Shown: positions 49,553-61,361, numbered from the stretch's first letter. The stretch: DNA of 64,000 bases from Longimicrobiales bacterium (GCA_963422615.1 OY730414.1:1596302-1660301); one strand, 5' to 3'. Program-made: numbers and translations. The notes: generated from the letters alone by a model not told the origin.

Positions 49553-51016
49553 ATGACGACAAGGAAGCGGTTGACGCTCAGGTCCGAAGACTTTAGCGCG
49601 TGGTACAACGAAGTCGTGCAGCGGGCCGAATTGGCCGACTACTCTCCGGTCCGGGGGAGCATGGTCATTCGGCCGTGGGGATTTGGCATCTGGGAGAACA
49701 TGCAACGGGCCTTGGACGACATGTTCAAGGCTTCGGGGCACCAGAATGCGTACTTTCCGCTGCTCATTCCCATGAGCTTCATCGAGCGGGAGAAGGCCCA
49801 CGTTGAGGGCTTCAAACCCGAACTGGCCGTGGTCACCCATGCAGGGGGGAAGGAACTGGAGGACCCCTATGTGATCCGCCCCACGTCGGAGACCATCATC
49901 TACGCCATGTATGCCAAGTGGGTCCAGAGCTACCGGGATCTGCCCATTCTCTTGAACCAGTGGGGGAATGTCGTGCGATGGGAACTTCGGACCCGCCTCT
50001 TCCTGAGGACCGCCGAGTTCCTTTGGCAAGAGGGTCACACGGCCCATGCCACGGAAGAAGAAGCCGAAGAGGAAGCCCGAAGCATGCTGGGCATCTATCG
50101 AACCTTCATGGAAGACTGGATGGCCATGCCGCCGCTGACGGGCCTGAAAACGGAGGCGGAAAGATTCGCAGGTGCCGTCCGGAGCTATGCGTGCGAAGCC
50201 CTCATGCAGGACCGTAAGGCCCTTCAGGCCGCCACTTCCCACATGCTCGGGCAGAACTTTGCCAGGCAGTTCGATCTGACCTTTCAGAGTAAAGCCGGCC
50301 GGGAGGAGTACGCCTGGAACACCTCCTGGGGCGCCTCCACCCGACTCGTCGGCGGGCTGGTCATGACCCACGGGGATGATGCGGGCTTGGTGATTCCTCC
50401 CCGCCTGGCCCCGATCCAGGTCGCCGTGATTCCCATCTTCAGGACCGACGACCAACGGTCTCGGCTGTCGGAGAAGGCCCACCAGATCCTAGCCCGCCTG
50501 GTCGCCAAGGGGATCCGCGCCACGGTTGACGATCGTCCCCATCTGTCGCCCGGGGCCAAGTTCTTCGAGTGGGAGCGGAAGGGTGTACCGGTGCGGATGG
50601 AGATCGGCCCCAGGGACCTGAAAAAGGGCCAAGTTGTTGTGGTTCCTCGGATTGCGTTGGACGACGGACCGCGCAAGAAGTTTCTTTCCGAGGCGAGCGC
50701 CCTGGAGGAAATGAACGATCGCCTGGATGCCCTGCAAGCGCATCTCCTAGAAGTGGCCCGGGCCCGGCGGGAAGACGCCTCCGTCCGCCGGAATGTGTCG
50801 TCGGCCGAAGAGCTGGGGGCGATGCTGGATGAAGGCGCAGGATTCGTGTACTCGGGCTGGAGCGGGGATCCGGCCGTTGAGGTGCAGGCCAAAGAAGTGG
50901 CAAGAGCCACCATCCGGGTCATCCCGGACGAAGAATTCCGTTCCAACGTCGTCCCGGTCCGATGCATCGGTGGGGGTCGGTCTCGCATGGAAGTGGTGTG
51001 GGCTCGGGCGTACTGA
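49553..51016 (+). CDS. proS: Proline--tRNA ligase (archaeal/eukaryote-like type)
   Basis: DFSAWYNEVV, RPTSET, SYRDLP..NQW.NVVRWE, EFLWQEGHTAH, C-terminal ARAY. Confidence 0.96.
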   Translation: MTTRKRLTLRSEDFSAWYNEVVQRAELADYSPVRGSMVIRPWGFGIWENMQRALDDMFKASGHQNAYFPLLIPMSFIEREKAHVEGFKPELAVVTHAGGKELEDPYVIRPTSETIIYAMYAKWVQSYRDLPILLNQWGNVVRWELRTRLFLRTAEFLWQEGHTAHATEEEAEEEARSMLGIYRTFMEDWMAMPPLTGLKTEAERFAGAVRSYACEALMQDRKALQAATSHMLGQNFARQFDLTFQSKAGREEYAWNTSWGASTRLVGGLVMTHGDDAGLVIPPRLAPIQVAVIPIFRTDDQRSRLSEKAHQILARLVAKGIRATVDDRPHLSPGAKFFEWERKGVPVRMEIGPRDLKKGQVVVVPRIALDDGPRKKFLSEASALEEMNDRLDALQAHLLEVARARREDASVRRNVSSAEELGAMLDEGAGFVYSGWSGDPAVEVQAKEVARATIRVIPDEEFRSNVVPVRCIGGGRSRMEVVWARAY

Positions 51017-52275
51017 CCCGGGAGGCGGCCGCCTTTCCCCGGCGGAAGGGCGTACTGCATTGCGGGGCCCATTCCCTGACGGCCCTGGCCTCCGCCCAGG
51101 GCACGCCCCTGTATGTCTACAACGGGGACAGGATGCTGGCGTGCTTGCAGGCCCTCCGGCAAGCCTTCGCACCCCTGGACTCGATGGTCGCCTACTCGGT
51201 CAAGGCGAACCCCGGTTTGGCGGTGCTGGACCTCCTTGCCCGAGAGGGGGTGGGTGCCGATATCGTGAGCGGGGGAGAGCTCTACCGAGCCCTTCGCGCG
51301 GGGATCCCGCCCGACCGGGTCGTCTTCGCCGGCGTGGGGAAAACCCGGAAAGAAATGCAGTACGGACTTGAGTCCGGCATCATGGCCTTCCACGTCGAAA
51401 GTGCACAGGAGCTGAAAGTCCTGGCTTCCGTGGCCGAAGCGCTTGGGGTTGCGGCCCCGTTCGGAGTGCGGGTCAACCCCCATGTCGAAATCTCCACCCA
51501 CGAATACATCCGCACGGGCCACGGAGCCGCCAAGTTCGGGGTCTCCCGAAGCGAAGCCGTCGAACTTTACCGCTACGGGGCCCGTCACGGGAGCCTCCGG
51601 CCGATCGGGATCAATGTTCATGTCGGGTCGCAAATCCGGGAGACCAAGCCGTTTCTTCGCGCCCTGGACGAGGTATTGGGGGTGGCGGACCAAGTCCGGT
51701 GCGAATCAAGTGTGGATCTGAGGTACGTGGACCTGGGCGGGGGATTCGGGATCAGCGAAGGGTCTGCCGGAGCCCTGGATATCCAGTTGTTGGGGCGGGA
51801 GGTGGTGGCCCGCCTGCGGGGTCGGGGACTCGGCCTGGTTCTCGAGCCCGGGCGCTTTCTGGTCGGGGACGCCGGGGTGCTCGTGACCCGGGTACTCTAC
51901 GTAAAGCGGTCCGAAACCAAGACCTTCGTGGTCGTTGATGCGGGGATGACCGAGTTGATCCGCCCGAGCCACTACGGGGGCGTCCACGCCGCTTCCTTGG
52001 TTTGCGAGGAGACGGGGGGTCCGGCAGAGCGGGTCGACATTGTCGGGCCCGTTTGTGAGCAGGGGGACTTCCTTGCAAAGGACCGGTACCTGTCCCTGCC
52101 GCAACCGGGATCTTTGCTTTGCATTCACCAGGCTGGCGCCTACGGCTTTGCGATGGCCTCGAACTACAACTCCCGGCCCAGACCGGCCGAGGTGCTTGTG
52201 CGGGGCGGTCGGGCCAAGGTGATTCGACGCCGGGAGCGCTACTGCGACCTGGTGCGGGGGGAGGCCATTGCCTAG
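50998..52275 (+). CDS. lysA: Diaminopimelate decarboxylase
   Basis: [58 protein letters not shown]; start uncertain. Confidence 0.94.
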   Translation: MGSGVLTREAAAFPRRKGVLHCGAHSLTALASAQGTPLYVYNGDRMLACLQALRQAFAPLDSMVAYSVKANPGLAVLDLLAREGVGADIVSGGELYRALRAGIPPDRVVFAGVGKTRKEMQYGLESGIMAFHVESAQELKVLASVAEALGVAAPFGVRVNPHVEISTHEYIRTGHGAAKFGVSRSEAVELYRYGARHGSLRPIGINVHVGSQIRETKPFLRALDEVLGVADQVRCESSVDLRYVDLGGGFGISEGSAGALDIQLLGREVVARLRGRGLGLVLEPGRFLVGDAGVLVTRVLYVKRSETKTFVVVDAGMTELIRPSHYGGVHAASLVCEETGGPAERVDIVGPVCEQGDFLAKDRYLSLPQPGSLLCIHQAGAYGFAMASNYNSRPRPAEVLVRGGRAKVIRRRERYCDLVRGEAIA

Positions 52276-53917
52276 CACCCCCCGCACCTCCTTCATGCTC
52301 CGGAAGGTTCTTGACGGGGAGGGGCCGACGTCCGGAGACCGGGGTGGGCGGTTGGCGCCGAACGGGGCGTGCCGCGACCGGATCCTGATCCTTGACTACG
52401 GCTCCCAGTTCACTCAGCTGATCGCCCGGTGCATTCGGGAAGCGGGAGTCTACTGCGAGATTCATTCTCCGGCCCGATCTTCGGAGTGGGTTCGGCGCTG
52501 GGCCCCCACGGGCATCGTCCTGTCCGGAGGACCGTCTTCGGTCTACGAAAGCGATGGACCCGGGCTTCCTGCCGGACTCCAGGCCCTCCGAGTCCCCGTT
52601 TTGGGTATCTGCTACGGCATGCAGCTCCTGGCCCAGAGCGAGGGCGGAAGGGTCATGCCTGGCAAGCGGGAATACGGTCGCGCCCTCTTGCGGATCGCGG
52701 AAGGGGAAAGCTGCGAGCTGTTCCACGGCTTCCGTCCCGGAGAAGACATTCCGATTTGGTGCTCTCACGGGGATCATGTCGACGATCCGCCCCCCGGCTT
52801 CGTTACCGTCGCGTCTACGGACGATCTCCCCGTCGCCGCCTTTCGCGCCCCGGGACGCTTCTTGTACGGGGTTCAGTTTCACCCGGAGGTGGCCCACACG
52901 CCTCGCGGCCAGGAGATCCTAGAGAACTTTCTCTTTCGAATCTGCCGCTGTTCTGCCGACTGGACGCCTCCCGCCTTCGTGGCGGCGTCGGTCGAGGGGA
53001 TTCGCGCGATGGTCGGAAATGAACGGGTGATCTGCGGTCTTTCGGGGGGCGTGGACTCGGCTGTCGCCGGGACCCTGGTGCACAAGGCGGTCGGCGACCA
53101 GCTGGTGTGCATCTTCGTGGACACGGGGCTAATGCGAAAAAACGAGCGGGAAAGCGTGGAACGCATGTTCCGGGAGCACATCGGGATGCGGCTGGTCGTG
53201 GCGGACGCAGCACCGGAGTTTCTGCGCGCGCTGGAGGGGGTCGTGGATCCGGAGCGGAAGCGGAAAGTGATCGGGGAGACCTTCATCCGAGTGTTCGAAC
53301 GCACCACCCGCGACATCGGCGGCACCCCTCGTTTCCTGGTGCAGGGCACCCTCTATCCGGATGTGATCGAGTCGCTGGCGGTTCGGGGGCCTTCGGCCAC
53401 AATCAAGACCCACCACAACGTTGGCGGATTGCCCGACGACATGCCCTTCAAGCTCATTGAGCCGCTGCGGGAGCTCTTCAAGGACGAAGTGCGGAGGGTC
53501 GGCCGCATCCTCGGGTTGGACGAAGCCCTTATCCGGCGCCACCCCTTTCCGGGTCCCGGGCTCGCGATCCGGGTCCTGGGCCCGGTATCGGAGGAGCGGC
53601 TGGACATCCTGCGGGAGACCGACGCCATCTATTTGGAGGAGATTCGGGCGGCTGGCCTGTACGACGAAATCTGGCAGGCATTTGCCGTACTTCTGCCGGT
53701 TCGGTCGGTGGGCGTGATGGGAGACGCCCGCACGTACGAAAATCTGGTGGCCCTGAGGGCCGTCACCTCCCGGGACGGGATGACCGCGGACTGGTACCCG
53801 TACGCCCCGGGGTTCCTGGCCCGGGTTTCGAACCGGATCATCAACGAGGTGGACGGGGTCAACCGGGTTACCTACGACATCAGTTCGAAACCCCCGGCCA
53901 CAATCGAGTGGGAGTAG
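52268..53917 (+). CDS. guaA: GMP synthase (glutamine-hydrolysing)
   Basis: [58 protein letters not shown]. Confidence 0.97.
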   Translation: MPSTPRTSFMLRKVLDGEGPTSGDRGGRLAPNGACRDRILILDYGSQFTQLIARCIREAGVYCEIHSPARSSEWVRRWAPTGIVLSGGPSSVYESDGPGLPAGLQALRVPVLGICYGMQLLAQSEGGRVMPGKREYGRALLRIAEGESCELFHGFRPGEDIPIWCSHGDHVDDPPPGFVTVASTDDLPVAAFRAPGRFLYGVQFHPEVAHTPRGQEILENFLFRICRCSADWTPPAFVAASVEGIRAMVGNERVICGLSGGVDSAVAGTLVHKAVGDQLVCIFVDTGLMRKNERESVERMFREHIGMRLVVADAAPEFLRALEGVVDPERKRKVIGETFIRVFERTTRDIGGTPRFLVQGTLYPDVIESLAVRGPSATIKTHHNVGGLPDDMPFKLIEPLRELFKDEVRRVGRILGLDEALIRRHPFPGPGLAIRVLGPVSEERLDILRETDAIYLEEIRAAGLYDEIWQAFAVLLPVRSVGVMGDARTYENLVALRAVTSRDGMTADWYPYAPGFLARVSNRIINEVDGVNRVTYDISSKPPATIEWE

Positions 53918-54012
53918 GGGACCGGGGGGGGCGTAGCGGCGCCTGAGACCCCGGCCCCGAACTCCGGTCGACGGGTCGGGTCGCTTGCCCATTGGGGACC
54001 CGGGGGCTCCGG

Positions 54013-54495
54013 CTAGGGGGCTCCGGATGAATCCGCCGGTTCGGATCCCCGACCGGCGGAGGGCGAGGATCTCTCTTCCTCCAGCCCATTCTCGATTTCG
54101 CCCCACACGCCCTGCATGAAGGTCGGGTCGCCCCCGTGGTTCTCGGCGAAGTGGACGAGCGCCTCAGCGGTCACGCCATGCTCCTGGAGAATACGCTCCC
54201 GATCTTCAGGGGAGATGACCCGGTTTCGCGAACGAAGTTCGGCGACCCGCAGGGCCACGTACGTCTGGACGAAGTCCTCCCGGCTGACGACCTCTTCAGG
54301 CGCTCCGGAATCGGAGCCGCAGGCTCCGACGAACGGAAAGAAAGCCGCCAGAGCCGCAACGAACACGACGGGAGTCCAACCGGGCGCAAGCGAAACCGGT
54401 GCTAGAGGACCCCTCCGGCCCCCACCACGCCTTCTCGTCGGTGGCGGGGCCGGCCTGCGCCGGTCGGGCCGCTTCCGTGATCCCCGGGCCTTCAA
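54013..54495 (-). CDS. Hypothetical lipoprotein (DUF4296-like)
   Basis: TTG overlapping OPT stop (TTGA); hydrophobic segment ending in lipobox VGAC; helical domain ILQEHGVT..F..H..DP..M..VW. Confidence 0.6.
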   Translation of the reverse strand: MKARGSRKRPDRRRPAPPPTRRRGGGRRGPLAPVSLAPGWTPVVFVAALAAFFPFVGACGSDSGAPEEVVSREDFVQTYVALRVAELRSRNRVISPEDRERILQEHGVTAEALVHFAENHGGDPTFMQGVWGEIENGLEEERSSPSAGRGSEPADSSGAP

Positions 54496-56495
54496 GCTGA
54501 CCGTTCCCGGGTGGCAGCCCTCCACAACAGCCAACACAAGCCCCCGAAGACCAGCGTGCCCACCACCGAGGCCAGGGGTGACCAGATCCCGTCCATCCAT
54601 ACGTGCCCCAGATTCCAGGACGCCGCTGCGTCCTGACTCCCCGTGAGCCGGGTCACCCCGTAGATGGCCCCGCCGATCAGCACGCCCACGAGCGCCGCGC
54701 CGGCGATCAGCCCGGAAGCGAAGAGGACGCCCCGTTCCCGCTTCTCCGCCAGCACGCCGTCACCGCCGCTTCCGTTCTTGTACTTCCGGGTCAGCTGGCC
54801 GCGCATCAGGCCGCCAATGAAGATCGGGGTCATCAAGGACACCGGCAGATAAACGCCCACCGCAAAGGCCAGGGAGGGAAGCTTGAAGACGAACTCGACC
54901 ACCGCTGCGATGACGATTCCCAGGAGGACGAATCCCCAGGGCAGGGAAGCGTTCAGGACCCCGTCGATGACCAGCGCCATCAGGGTTGCCTGCGGAGCCG
55001 GAAGCCCGTCCGCCGTTCCCAGACCGTAGGATTCGTTGAGAACGACCAGGACGCCGCCCATCACCGCCGCACTGGCCAGCACGCCCATCATTTCCCCCAG
55101 CTGCATGCGGCGCGGTGTGGCTCCCACGAGGAAGCCCGTCTTCAGATCTTGGGACGTATCTCCGGCGACCGCGGCGGAGATGCAGACAACGGCGCCGACC
55201 ATGAGCACCGCCACCTTGGCCGCCGGACTGCCGTCGTTCAGCCCCAATGCGACCCAGATGAGGGACGTGAGAATGAGGGCCGCAATGGTCATCCCGGAAA
55301 CCGGGTTCGAAGAGGACCCGATCAACCCTACGATCCTGCTTGAAACCGTGACGAAGAAGAAGCTGAAGACCACAATCAGAACCGCGCCCAAGGGTCCCAC
55401 CGGCACCCCGGGCCAGAGCCACAGGGCAACGGCCATGAGGCCCGCCAGCCCAAGTACTAGCTTTATGGGAAGGTCGCGCTGGGTTCGTAAGACGGCCCCA
55501 CCGGCTCCCGTGCCTGCGTGGGCCAGTCCCAGTCTGAACGACTCAATGATCGTGGGGAACGACTTGATGAGGGTCACGATGCCCGCGAAGCCCACCGCCC
55601 CCGCTCCCACATAGCGAATATAGTTGTCCCAGATGTCCGCCGAAAGCAGCGCCGACATCGGCGTCGTCGCAGGATAAACGACGCCGTTGCCTCCCCATAG
55701 GTCAATCAGGGGGATGAGGATCAGCCATGCCAGCGCACTTCCGCCGAACATGACGGCGGCAATTCGGGGCCCGATGATGAAGCCGACCCCCAGGAGCTCC
55801 GGCGTAAAGTCGCCCCCGATCTCCGCTTTCCTGGGAAGCGGCAGCGCCGGAGACTCGTTCCAGAGGGCCAAGCCCCTGCGGTTGGCGAAGGCCTGATAGA
55901 GGGCGCCCACCGATAGGCCGGAAAAAAGAAGTCGGGCCTTGCTGCCCCCCAGTTCCCCGGCGACCTGGACTTCGGCACAGGCCGTGCCCTCCGGGTACGG
56001 GAGCTTCCCGTGTTCTCGGGAAATGAGGTATCGCCGGAGCGGAATCATGAAGAGCACCCCGAGCAGACCTCCGAACGCGGCGATCACCGAAATCTGCAAG
56101 AGATCCACGACGATGGCCGGGTCGGTCCGCTGCCACAGAAAGAGGGCCGGAAGGGTAAAAATTACGCCTGCCGCCAACGACTCTCCTGCGGAGCCGATGG
56201 TCTGCACCATGTTGGTCTCGAGAATCGATCCGCGCCGAAGGGCCCGGAAGATGGCCACGGCCATCACGGCGGCCGGGATGGACGCGCTGACGGTCAAGCC
56301 GACCTTGAGGCCGAGATACGCGTTCGCGGCGCCGAAGACGATGGCGAGAAGGATCCCGATTGCCGCTGCGCGAAGGGTCAGCTCGGGGAGCGAAGTGTTC
56401 GGGGAGATGTACGGCCGATAACGGCGCCCATCAACGACTTCGTACGCCTCGGGAGGAAGGCCCTTTCGGGTGGGTGGATCGGTCGGTTTTGCCAT
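54492..56495 (-). CDS. Oligopeptide transporter, OPT family
   Basis: ELTLRA, NAYLGLKVGLTVSASIPAAV, LPYPEGTACA, SSNPVSGMTI, QDLKTG..GATP, PAPQATLM. Confidence 0.93.
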   Translation of the reverse strand: MAKPTDPPTRKGLPPEAYEVVDGRRYRPYISPNTSLPELTLRAAAIGILLAIVFGAANAYLGLKVGLTVSASIPAAVMAVAIFRALRRGSILETNMVQTIGSAGESLAAGVIFTLPALFLWQRTDPAIVVDLLQISVIAAFGGLLGVLFMIPLRRYLISREHGKLPYPEGTACAEVQVAGELGGSKARLLFSGLSVGALYQAFANRRGLALWNESPALPLPRKAEIGGDFTPELLGVGFIIGPRIAAVMFGGSALAWLILIPLIDLWGGNGVVYPATTPMSALLSADIWDNYIRYVGAGAVGFAGIVTLIKSFPTIIESFRLGLAHAGTGAGGAVLRTQRDLPIKLVLGLAGLMAVALWLWPGVPVGPLGAVLIVVFSFFFVTVSSRIVGLIGSSSNPVSGMTIAALILTSLIWVALGLNDGSPAAKVAVLMVGAVVCISAAVAGDTSQDLKTGFLVGATPRRMQLGEMMGVLASAAVMGGVLVVLNESYGLGTADGLPAPQATLMALVIDGVLNASLPWGFVLLGIVIAAVVEFVFKLPSLAFAVGVYLPVSLMTPIFIGGLMRGQLTRKYKNGSGGDGVLAEKRERGVLFASGLIAGAALVGVLIGGAIYGVTRLTGSQDAAASWNLGHVWMDGIWSPLASVVGTLVFGGLCWLLWRAATRERSA

Positions 56496-56687
56496 GGTCG
56501 GCTTCAGGTCGGGGTTGGATAGGTGGGGCTCCGCACGGGCGAACCCGCGACGAACCTAGTCCCAGACTGGGCAGGCTCGACCGGGGCTGTCAACCGCCGG
56601 ACGGCCATCCACAGCCGACCGATCCACGGCGGCCCGTTTCTTTCATAAGTCGGGTACGCGGGAGCGCTAGGGCTGCCCCACACCCAA

Positions 56688-56752
56688 GCCATTTTGGCAG
56701 ATCGCCCTACCCTTTTGGAAGCAGCACCGACAGTTCCTGCCAGAGTGGCAGG
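56688..56752. promoter_or_regulatory. Two GCCA-N3-TGGC palindromes upstream of clpB (candidate operator)
   Basis: GCCA-TTT-TGGCAG (56688-56700) and perfect CCTGCCA-GAG-TGGCAGG (56736-56752). Confidence 0.5.
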
Positions 56753-56791
56753 CTCATGGCGAAAAGATTGAAGAGAGAGGAGACACACCAT

Positions 56792-59401
56792 ATGAACGTG
56801 GAACGACTGACCGTCAAAGCCGCCCAGGCCCTTCAGGCCGCCGTCCAGGAGGCCCGGCGTAGAGAGCACCCCGAAGTCCGGGGTCTTCACCTGCTAGGCG
56901 TGCTTCTGAAGCAAGAAGGGGGTGTTGTAGCCCCGGTGCTCCAAAAGATGGAGGCCCCGCCCGAACCGGTGGGCCGGGCCGTGGACGCCGAGCTGAAGAC
57001 GCTCCCTCGGATGACCGGCGGGGCCGATCCGGGGCTTTCCCGCCCCCTCGGGGACGCGCTGGATTCGGCAGAAGCGGCCTCCCGGAAACTCGGGGATGCC
57101 TACGTGTCCACCGAGCACCTCCTCCTGGGCATCGCCCAGGGCAAGGGAAGCGCCGCGCGAACCCTGAGCAACCACGGGGTCACGCAACGGCGCCTGGAGG
57201 AGGCCCTGGGTGCCGTGCGCGGCTCTCACCGGGTCACGGACCCCCACCCGGAGGAGAAATTCCAGGCCCTGGCTCGCTACTCCCGCGACCTCACGGCCAT
57301 GGCGCGAAGGGGTAAGCTTGACCCCGTCATCGGGCGGGACGACGAAATCCGCAGAGTGGTCAAGGTGCTGGCCCGTCGAACCAAGAACAACCCCGTGCTC
57401 ATCGGCGAACCCGGGGTCGGGAAGACGGCCATCGCCGAAGGGCTGGCCCAGCGCATGGTCGCCGGGGACGTTCCGGGCGCCCTGAACGGCAAGACGCTAG
57501 CGGCGCTGGACATTTCGGCCATGTTGGCCGGGGCGAAGTACCGCGGCGATTTCGAGGAGCGGATGAAGGCAGTGCTCAAGGAGGTGACGGAGGCGGAGGG
57601 CGAGTACGTCCTCTTTATCGACGAGATGCATACCCTGGTGGGGGCTGGGGCCGCCGAAGGGGCGGTCGACGCCGGCAATATGCTCAAGCCGGCCCTGGCA
57701 CGGGGTGAGCTTCGGGTGGTCGGGGCCATCACGCTGGGCGAATACCGGAAGCACGTGGAGAAGGATCCTGCCCTGGAACGCCGTTTTCAGCCCGTCCTGG
57801 TGGTCCCGTCGTCGGTGGAGGATACGATCGCCATCCTTCGGGGACTCAAGGAGCGGTACGAGGTACACCACGGGGTCCGCATCCTTGATGATGCGCTGAT
57901 CACCGCGGCGAAACTGTCGGATCGCTACGTTGGCGGGAGGTTCCTTCCCGACAAGGCAATCGACCTGATGGACGAAGCGGGGAGTCGCCTCCGCATTGAA
58001 ATCGACTCTCTTCCCCAAGAAATCGACGAAGTGGAGCGGCGGATCATCCAGCTGGAAATCGAGAAGCAGGCGCTGGCGAGGGAAGACGCGCCGGGGGCTC
58101 GGGAGCGCCTGGGCGGGATCGACGCGGAGCTGGCCGAGCTTCGGGAATCCAGCCAAGGGATGAAGGCCAAGTGGCAAGCAGAGAAGGTCCAGATCACTCG
58201 GATTCAGGAACTCAAGGAACGGGTCGAGGCCCTTCGGACGGAGGCGGAGCGGGCGGCCCGTACGGGAGAGTTGGAGCGGGCGGCCGAGGTCCAGTACTCT
58301 GAGATTCCCGGCGCCCTTCGGGAAATCGAACGGGCGGAGGTCCGGTTGGGCGAACTTCAGGCCGACGGCAAGTTCCTCAAGGAGGAAGTCACTTCTGACG
58401 ATGTTGCGGAGGTGGTGGCGGAGTGGACGGGCATTCCGGTGACCCGGCTGATGGAGTCCGAGCGGAAGCGGTTGGCCCGCCTGGAGGACCTCTTGGGGAA
58501 ACGGGTGGTGGGTCAAGCCCGGGCCCTGAGCGCCGTATCCTGTGCCGTGCGCCGGGCCCGCGCCGGAATCCAGGATCCGGACCGACCCATCGGCTCATTC
58601 CTGTTCCTGGGGCCCACCGGGGTCGGGAAGACCGAGACCGCCCGCGCCCTGGCCGAGTTTCTCTTTGACGACGAGCGCGCCATGGTACGCATGGACATGT
58701 CCGAATACATGGAGGCCCACGCTGTCTCCCGGCTGCTCGGAGCCCCCCCGGGGTACGTGGGCTACGACGAAGGAGGCCAGCTTACGGAGGCGGTCCGGCG
58801 ACGTCCCCACTCGGTGATTCTCTTCGACGAAGTGGAGAAAGCCCATCCAAAAGTCTTCAACGTTTTCCTGCAGATCCTGGACGACGGGCGCCTCACCGAT
58901 GGCCAGGGGCGGACCGTGGACTTCCGCAACACGGTCATCATTATGACCTCCAACATCGCCGGATCCGAAATCTTGGCCCGTTCCGGCACCGGAGACTGGG
59001 GGGCGGTGGAGGAAAGGGTCCGCATCCGGCTCCGGGAGCACTTCCGCCCCGAATTCCTCAACCGAGTGGACGACGTGGTCGTATTTCGACCCCTCATCCC
59101 CCGGGAACTGGAGGCGATCGTGGAGATCCAGCTCGCCCGCGTGGCCCTGCTCGCTGCCCAGCAGGACGTGACCCTCGAGTTTTCCGGGGACGCAAAGGCC
59201 CGAATCGCCCGGGAAGGATACGACCCGGCCTTTGGGGCGCGGCCCCTCAAGCGGGCCATTCAGCGCCTGGTCCAGGATCCTCTGGCTATGGGGATTCTGG
59301 ACGGGGAGATCATTCCGGGCAGCGACGTGCGGGTGGAGGTGGCGGACGGGGAAGGGCTGGTGTTTCGGTCCCCGCGGGCCCGGAAGGAAGCGGTGGCTTG
59401 A
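56792..59401 (+). CDS. clpB: ATP-dependent chaperone ClpB
   Basis: MNVERLT start with GAGGAG SD; two AAA+ domains ([16 protein letters not shown]), coiled-coil middle domain, [13 protein letters not shown]. Confidence 0.96.
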   Translation: MNVERLTVKAAQALQAAVQEARRREHPEVRGLHLLGVLLKQEGGVVAPVLQKMEAPPEPVGRAVDAELKTLPRMTGGADPGLSRPLGDALDSAEAASRKLGDAYVSTEHLLLGIAQGKGSAARTLSNHGVTQRRLEEALGAVRGSHRVTDPHPEEKFQALARYSRDLTAMARRGKLDPVIGRDDEIRRVVKVLARRTKNNPVLIGEPGVGKTAIAEGLAQRMVAGDVPGALNGKTLAALDISAMLAGAKYRGDFEERMKAVLKEVTEAEGEYVLFIDEMHTLVGAGAAEGAVDAGNMLKPALARGELRVVGAITLGEYRKHVEKDPALERRFQPVLVVPSSVEDTIAILRGLKERYEVHHGVRILDDALITAAKLSDRYVGGRFLPDKAIDLMDEAGSRLRIEIDSLPQEIDEVERRIIQLEIEKQALAREDAPGARERLGGIDAELAELRESSQGMKAKWQAEKVQITRIQELKERVEALRTEAERAARTGELERAAEVQYSEIPGALREIERAEVRLGELQADGKFLKEEVTSDDVAEVVAEWTGIPVTRLMESERKRLARLEDLLGKRVVGQARALSAVSCAVRRARAGIQDPDRPIGSFLFLGPTGVGKTETARALAEFLFDDERAMVRMDMSEYMEAHAVSRLLGAPPGYVGYDEGGQLTEAVRRRPHSVILFDEVEKAHPKVFNVFLQILDDGRLTDGQGRTVDFRNTVIIMTSNIAGSEILARSGTGDWGAVEERVRIRLREHFRPEFLNRVDDVVVFRPLIPRELEAIVEIQLARVALLAAQQDVTLEFSGDAKARIAREGYDPAFGARPLKRAIQRLVQDPLAMGILDGEIIPGSDVRVEVADGEGLVFRSPRARKEAVA

Positions 59402-59982
59402 AGTACGTGGAAACGCTTTTCTCCCTGGGGGCGGTGACGGGAATGCGACGGTGGCGACGATTGGGTGGCAGGGGCCTGGCTATCCTTGCAACCTTGGGCC
59501 TCCCCGCGTGCGGCACCGCAGGCGGTCCACTCGAGCCCAATCCGCCGCCAGGGCCTGTGGCGACGGTGGAGATGTTTCTGGATGCGTCCGGTCGTCGAGA
59601 TCATGCGCTCATGGCGCGACTCTTCGGGACTTCCCAGGGTCCCGTCGGAGACACCGGCGGTGCGCTGGGATGTGCCATCCGGAAGGCAGGGTCGTGGATC
59701 GGTCTGGGGGCGAGGTGCCCCACGGCGCCGGAGGTAGAGCTACGCATGGACATCATCGCCCGAATTCTCGAACACGACGCATACCGCATCCGTTCGGAAC
59801 AACCCGTGGCAGGACGGGATCGGCCCGCGATTCGGGTTGCGGTGGACCTGGAACGGAACGGTCGGGTCGTGGACGGCGTCCCCTTTGTCGTCGTCGGGGT
59901 TGGGGATGGACGCTGGCTGATCCAGGAGATCGGACTGGAGCGCGTGACAGGGGGACCGCTCCCGCGACTGGACGGCGCGTGA
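59398..59982 (+). CDS. Hypothetical lipoprotein
   Basis: TTGA overlap with clpB; RR-rich n-region and lipobox LPAC; mature part with Cys pair. Confidence 0.65.
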   Translation: MKYVETLFSLGAVTGMRRWRRLGGRGLAILATLGLPACGTAGGPLEPNPPPGPVATVEMFLDASGRRDHALMARLFGTSQGPVGDTGGALGCAIRKAGSWIGLGARCPTAPEVELRMDIIARILEHDAYRIRSEQPVAGRDRPAIRVAVDLERNGRVVDGVPFVVVGVGDGRWLIQEIGLERVTGGPLPRLDGA

Positions 59983-60045
59983 GGTCACGCTTCGCGAGGG
60001 ACGTCCCACTTGGTGACGGGGATGGCGATAAGGCGCGAACTCCCG

Positions 60046-60447
60046 CTACTTCTCCACCAGCTCCACCAGCACGCCCCCTGCAGACCGGGGGTGCAGGAAC
60101 GCGATTCGGTGACCCCCGGCACCGGTCATGGGTTCCGGAGTGGTGAATTCGTAGCCCTCCCTTTTCAGCGCGTCCATCCGACCGGCCACGTCTCCGACCC
60201 GATACGCGACGTGGTGCAGGCCCGGCCCCCGCCCCTCAACGAAGCGAGAAACTCCGCTTTCGGTCTCCAGGGGCACGATGACTTCCACGTTGCCGACGAA
60301 GCACACCTCCACATCTTGGGATTCCACCCGCTCCGGCGGGGTCGCCTTCAGGCCGGAAAGGCGCTCCAGGACAGGCACGACGTCCGCAAAGGATCGCGCC
60401 GCGATGGCCACGTGATCCAACTCGGGGTCCTCGATGCCCATCTTCAT
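60046..60447 (-). CDS. mce: Methylmalonyl-CoA epimerase (VOC family)
   Basis: LDHVAIA, VESQDV, RGPGLHHVAYRV, GAGGHRIAFLHPRSAGGVLVELVE. Confidence 0.88.
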   Translation of the reverse strand: MKMGIEDPELDHVAIAARSFADVVPVLERLSGLKATPPERVESQDVEVCFVGNVEVIVPLETESGVSRFVEGRGPGLHHVAYRVGDVAGRMDALKREGYEFTTPEPMTGAGGHRIAFLHPRSAGGVLVELVEK

Positions 60448-60531
60448 TTTTCGGCTCCCGTATCGGTCGTGTGATTGGCGTCCCCGTGGCCGTCGGCGTG
60501 AAGCTCCTCCTGGTCCGGGCCCAAGGGCCAA

Positions 60532-60567
60532 AACACCGGCCCGTGGCTCAACACCGGCCCGTGGTCC
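60532..60567 (+). repeat. 18-bp tandem duplication
   Basis: AACACCGGCCCGTGGCTC followed by AACACCGGCCCGTGGTCC. Confidence 0.7.
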
Positions 60568-60825
60568 TTTGGCTCGACAATATCCGAACGGGGACCGGGA
60601 AGCCGCCAGGGCATGATCCTTTGGCGGGAAGGTCCGGCCCGGCCACCAACTCGATTCGGGCCTCCGGTGCGGTTAGTTTGGGTGGAGTCGCATAAGGAAC
60701 TCAAGGTCGCGACGGGCGTCGTGGCACCCGTGCCCGAAGGTTGGCGGCACTCCTGCGTCCCCCAAGCGATTTTTCGAAACCGAAGACCTCTTGAACCCAG
60801 GACCTCTTGTTAAGGAAAAGCAATA

Positions 60826-61158
60826 ATGGCGGAGAACCCGAACATCGTCACGGTCACGGATGACAACTTCAGCGCTGAAATCGAGGGCCATCACGGCCTT
60901 GCCATCGTGGATTTCTGGGCCGAATGGTGCGGTCCCTGCAGGATTGTCGCTCCGGTGGTGAGCGATCTCGCCACCGAGTTTGCCGGGCGAGTCCGGGTGG
61001 GGAAGCTGGATGTGGACGAGAACCAGTCCACCTCCATCCGCTTTGGTGTCCGCTCGATTCCCAGCATTCTCTTCTTCAGCGGCGGGAAACACGTGGACAC
61101 CGTGGTTGGAGCGGTGCCCAAGTCTCAACTGCGTCGGAAAATCGAGGAACACCTCTAG
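60826..61158 (+). CDS. trxA: Thioredoxin
   Basis: DFWAEWCGPC active site, KLDVDEN, VRSIP. Confidence 0.97.
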   Translation: MAENPNIVTVTDDNFSAEIEGHHGLAIVDFWAEWCGPCRIVAPVVSDLATEFAGRVRVGKLDVDENQSTSIRFGVRSIPSILFFSGGKHVDTVVGAVPKSQLRRKIEEHL

Positions 61159-61361
61159 GCGAACGAGCCGTACCGCTCCCCATCGGGGCCAAGCGACCCG
61201 GATCCGTACCAGGGCTGGGTCGGGTTACCACTGGGCAGGTGCTGTTAGACCGCCCTCACCGGGCGACCTTGGGGGAATTCAGCGCGCCACGGATGGGAGG
61301 ATCATCCCTTGAATCCGCTCACACAGCCCTTCCCGAAGCGGCCACACGAGAAGACATATCG

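Noticed and set aside
56360..56791. Apparent 144-aa N-terminal extension of ClpB
   Set aside because: Overlaps the OPT gene start and promoter region; the canonical MNVERLT start has a good SD. The same applies to ORF-track extensions of rseP, rodA, hisS, nusA, frr and the histidine kinase.
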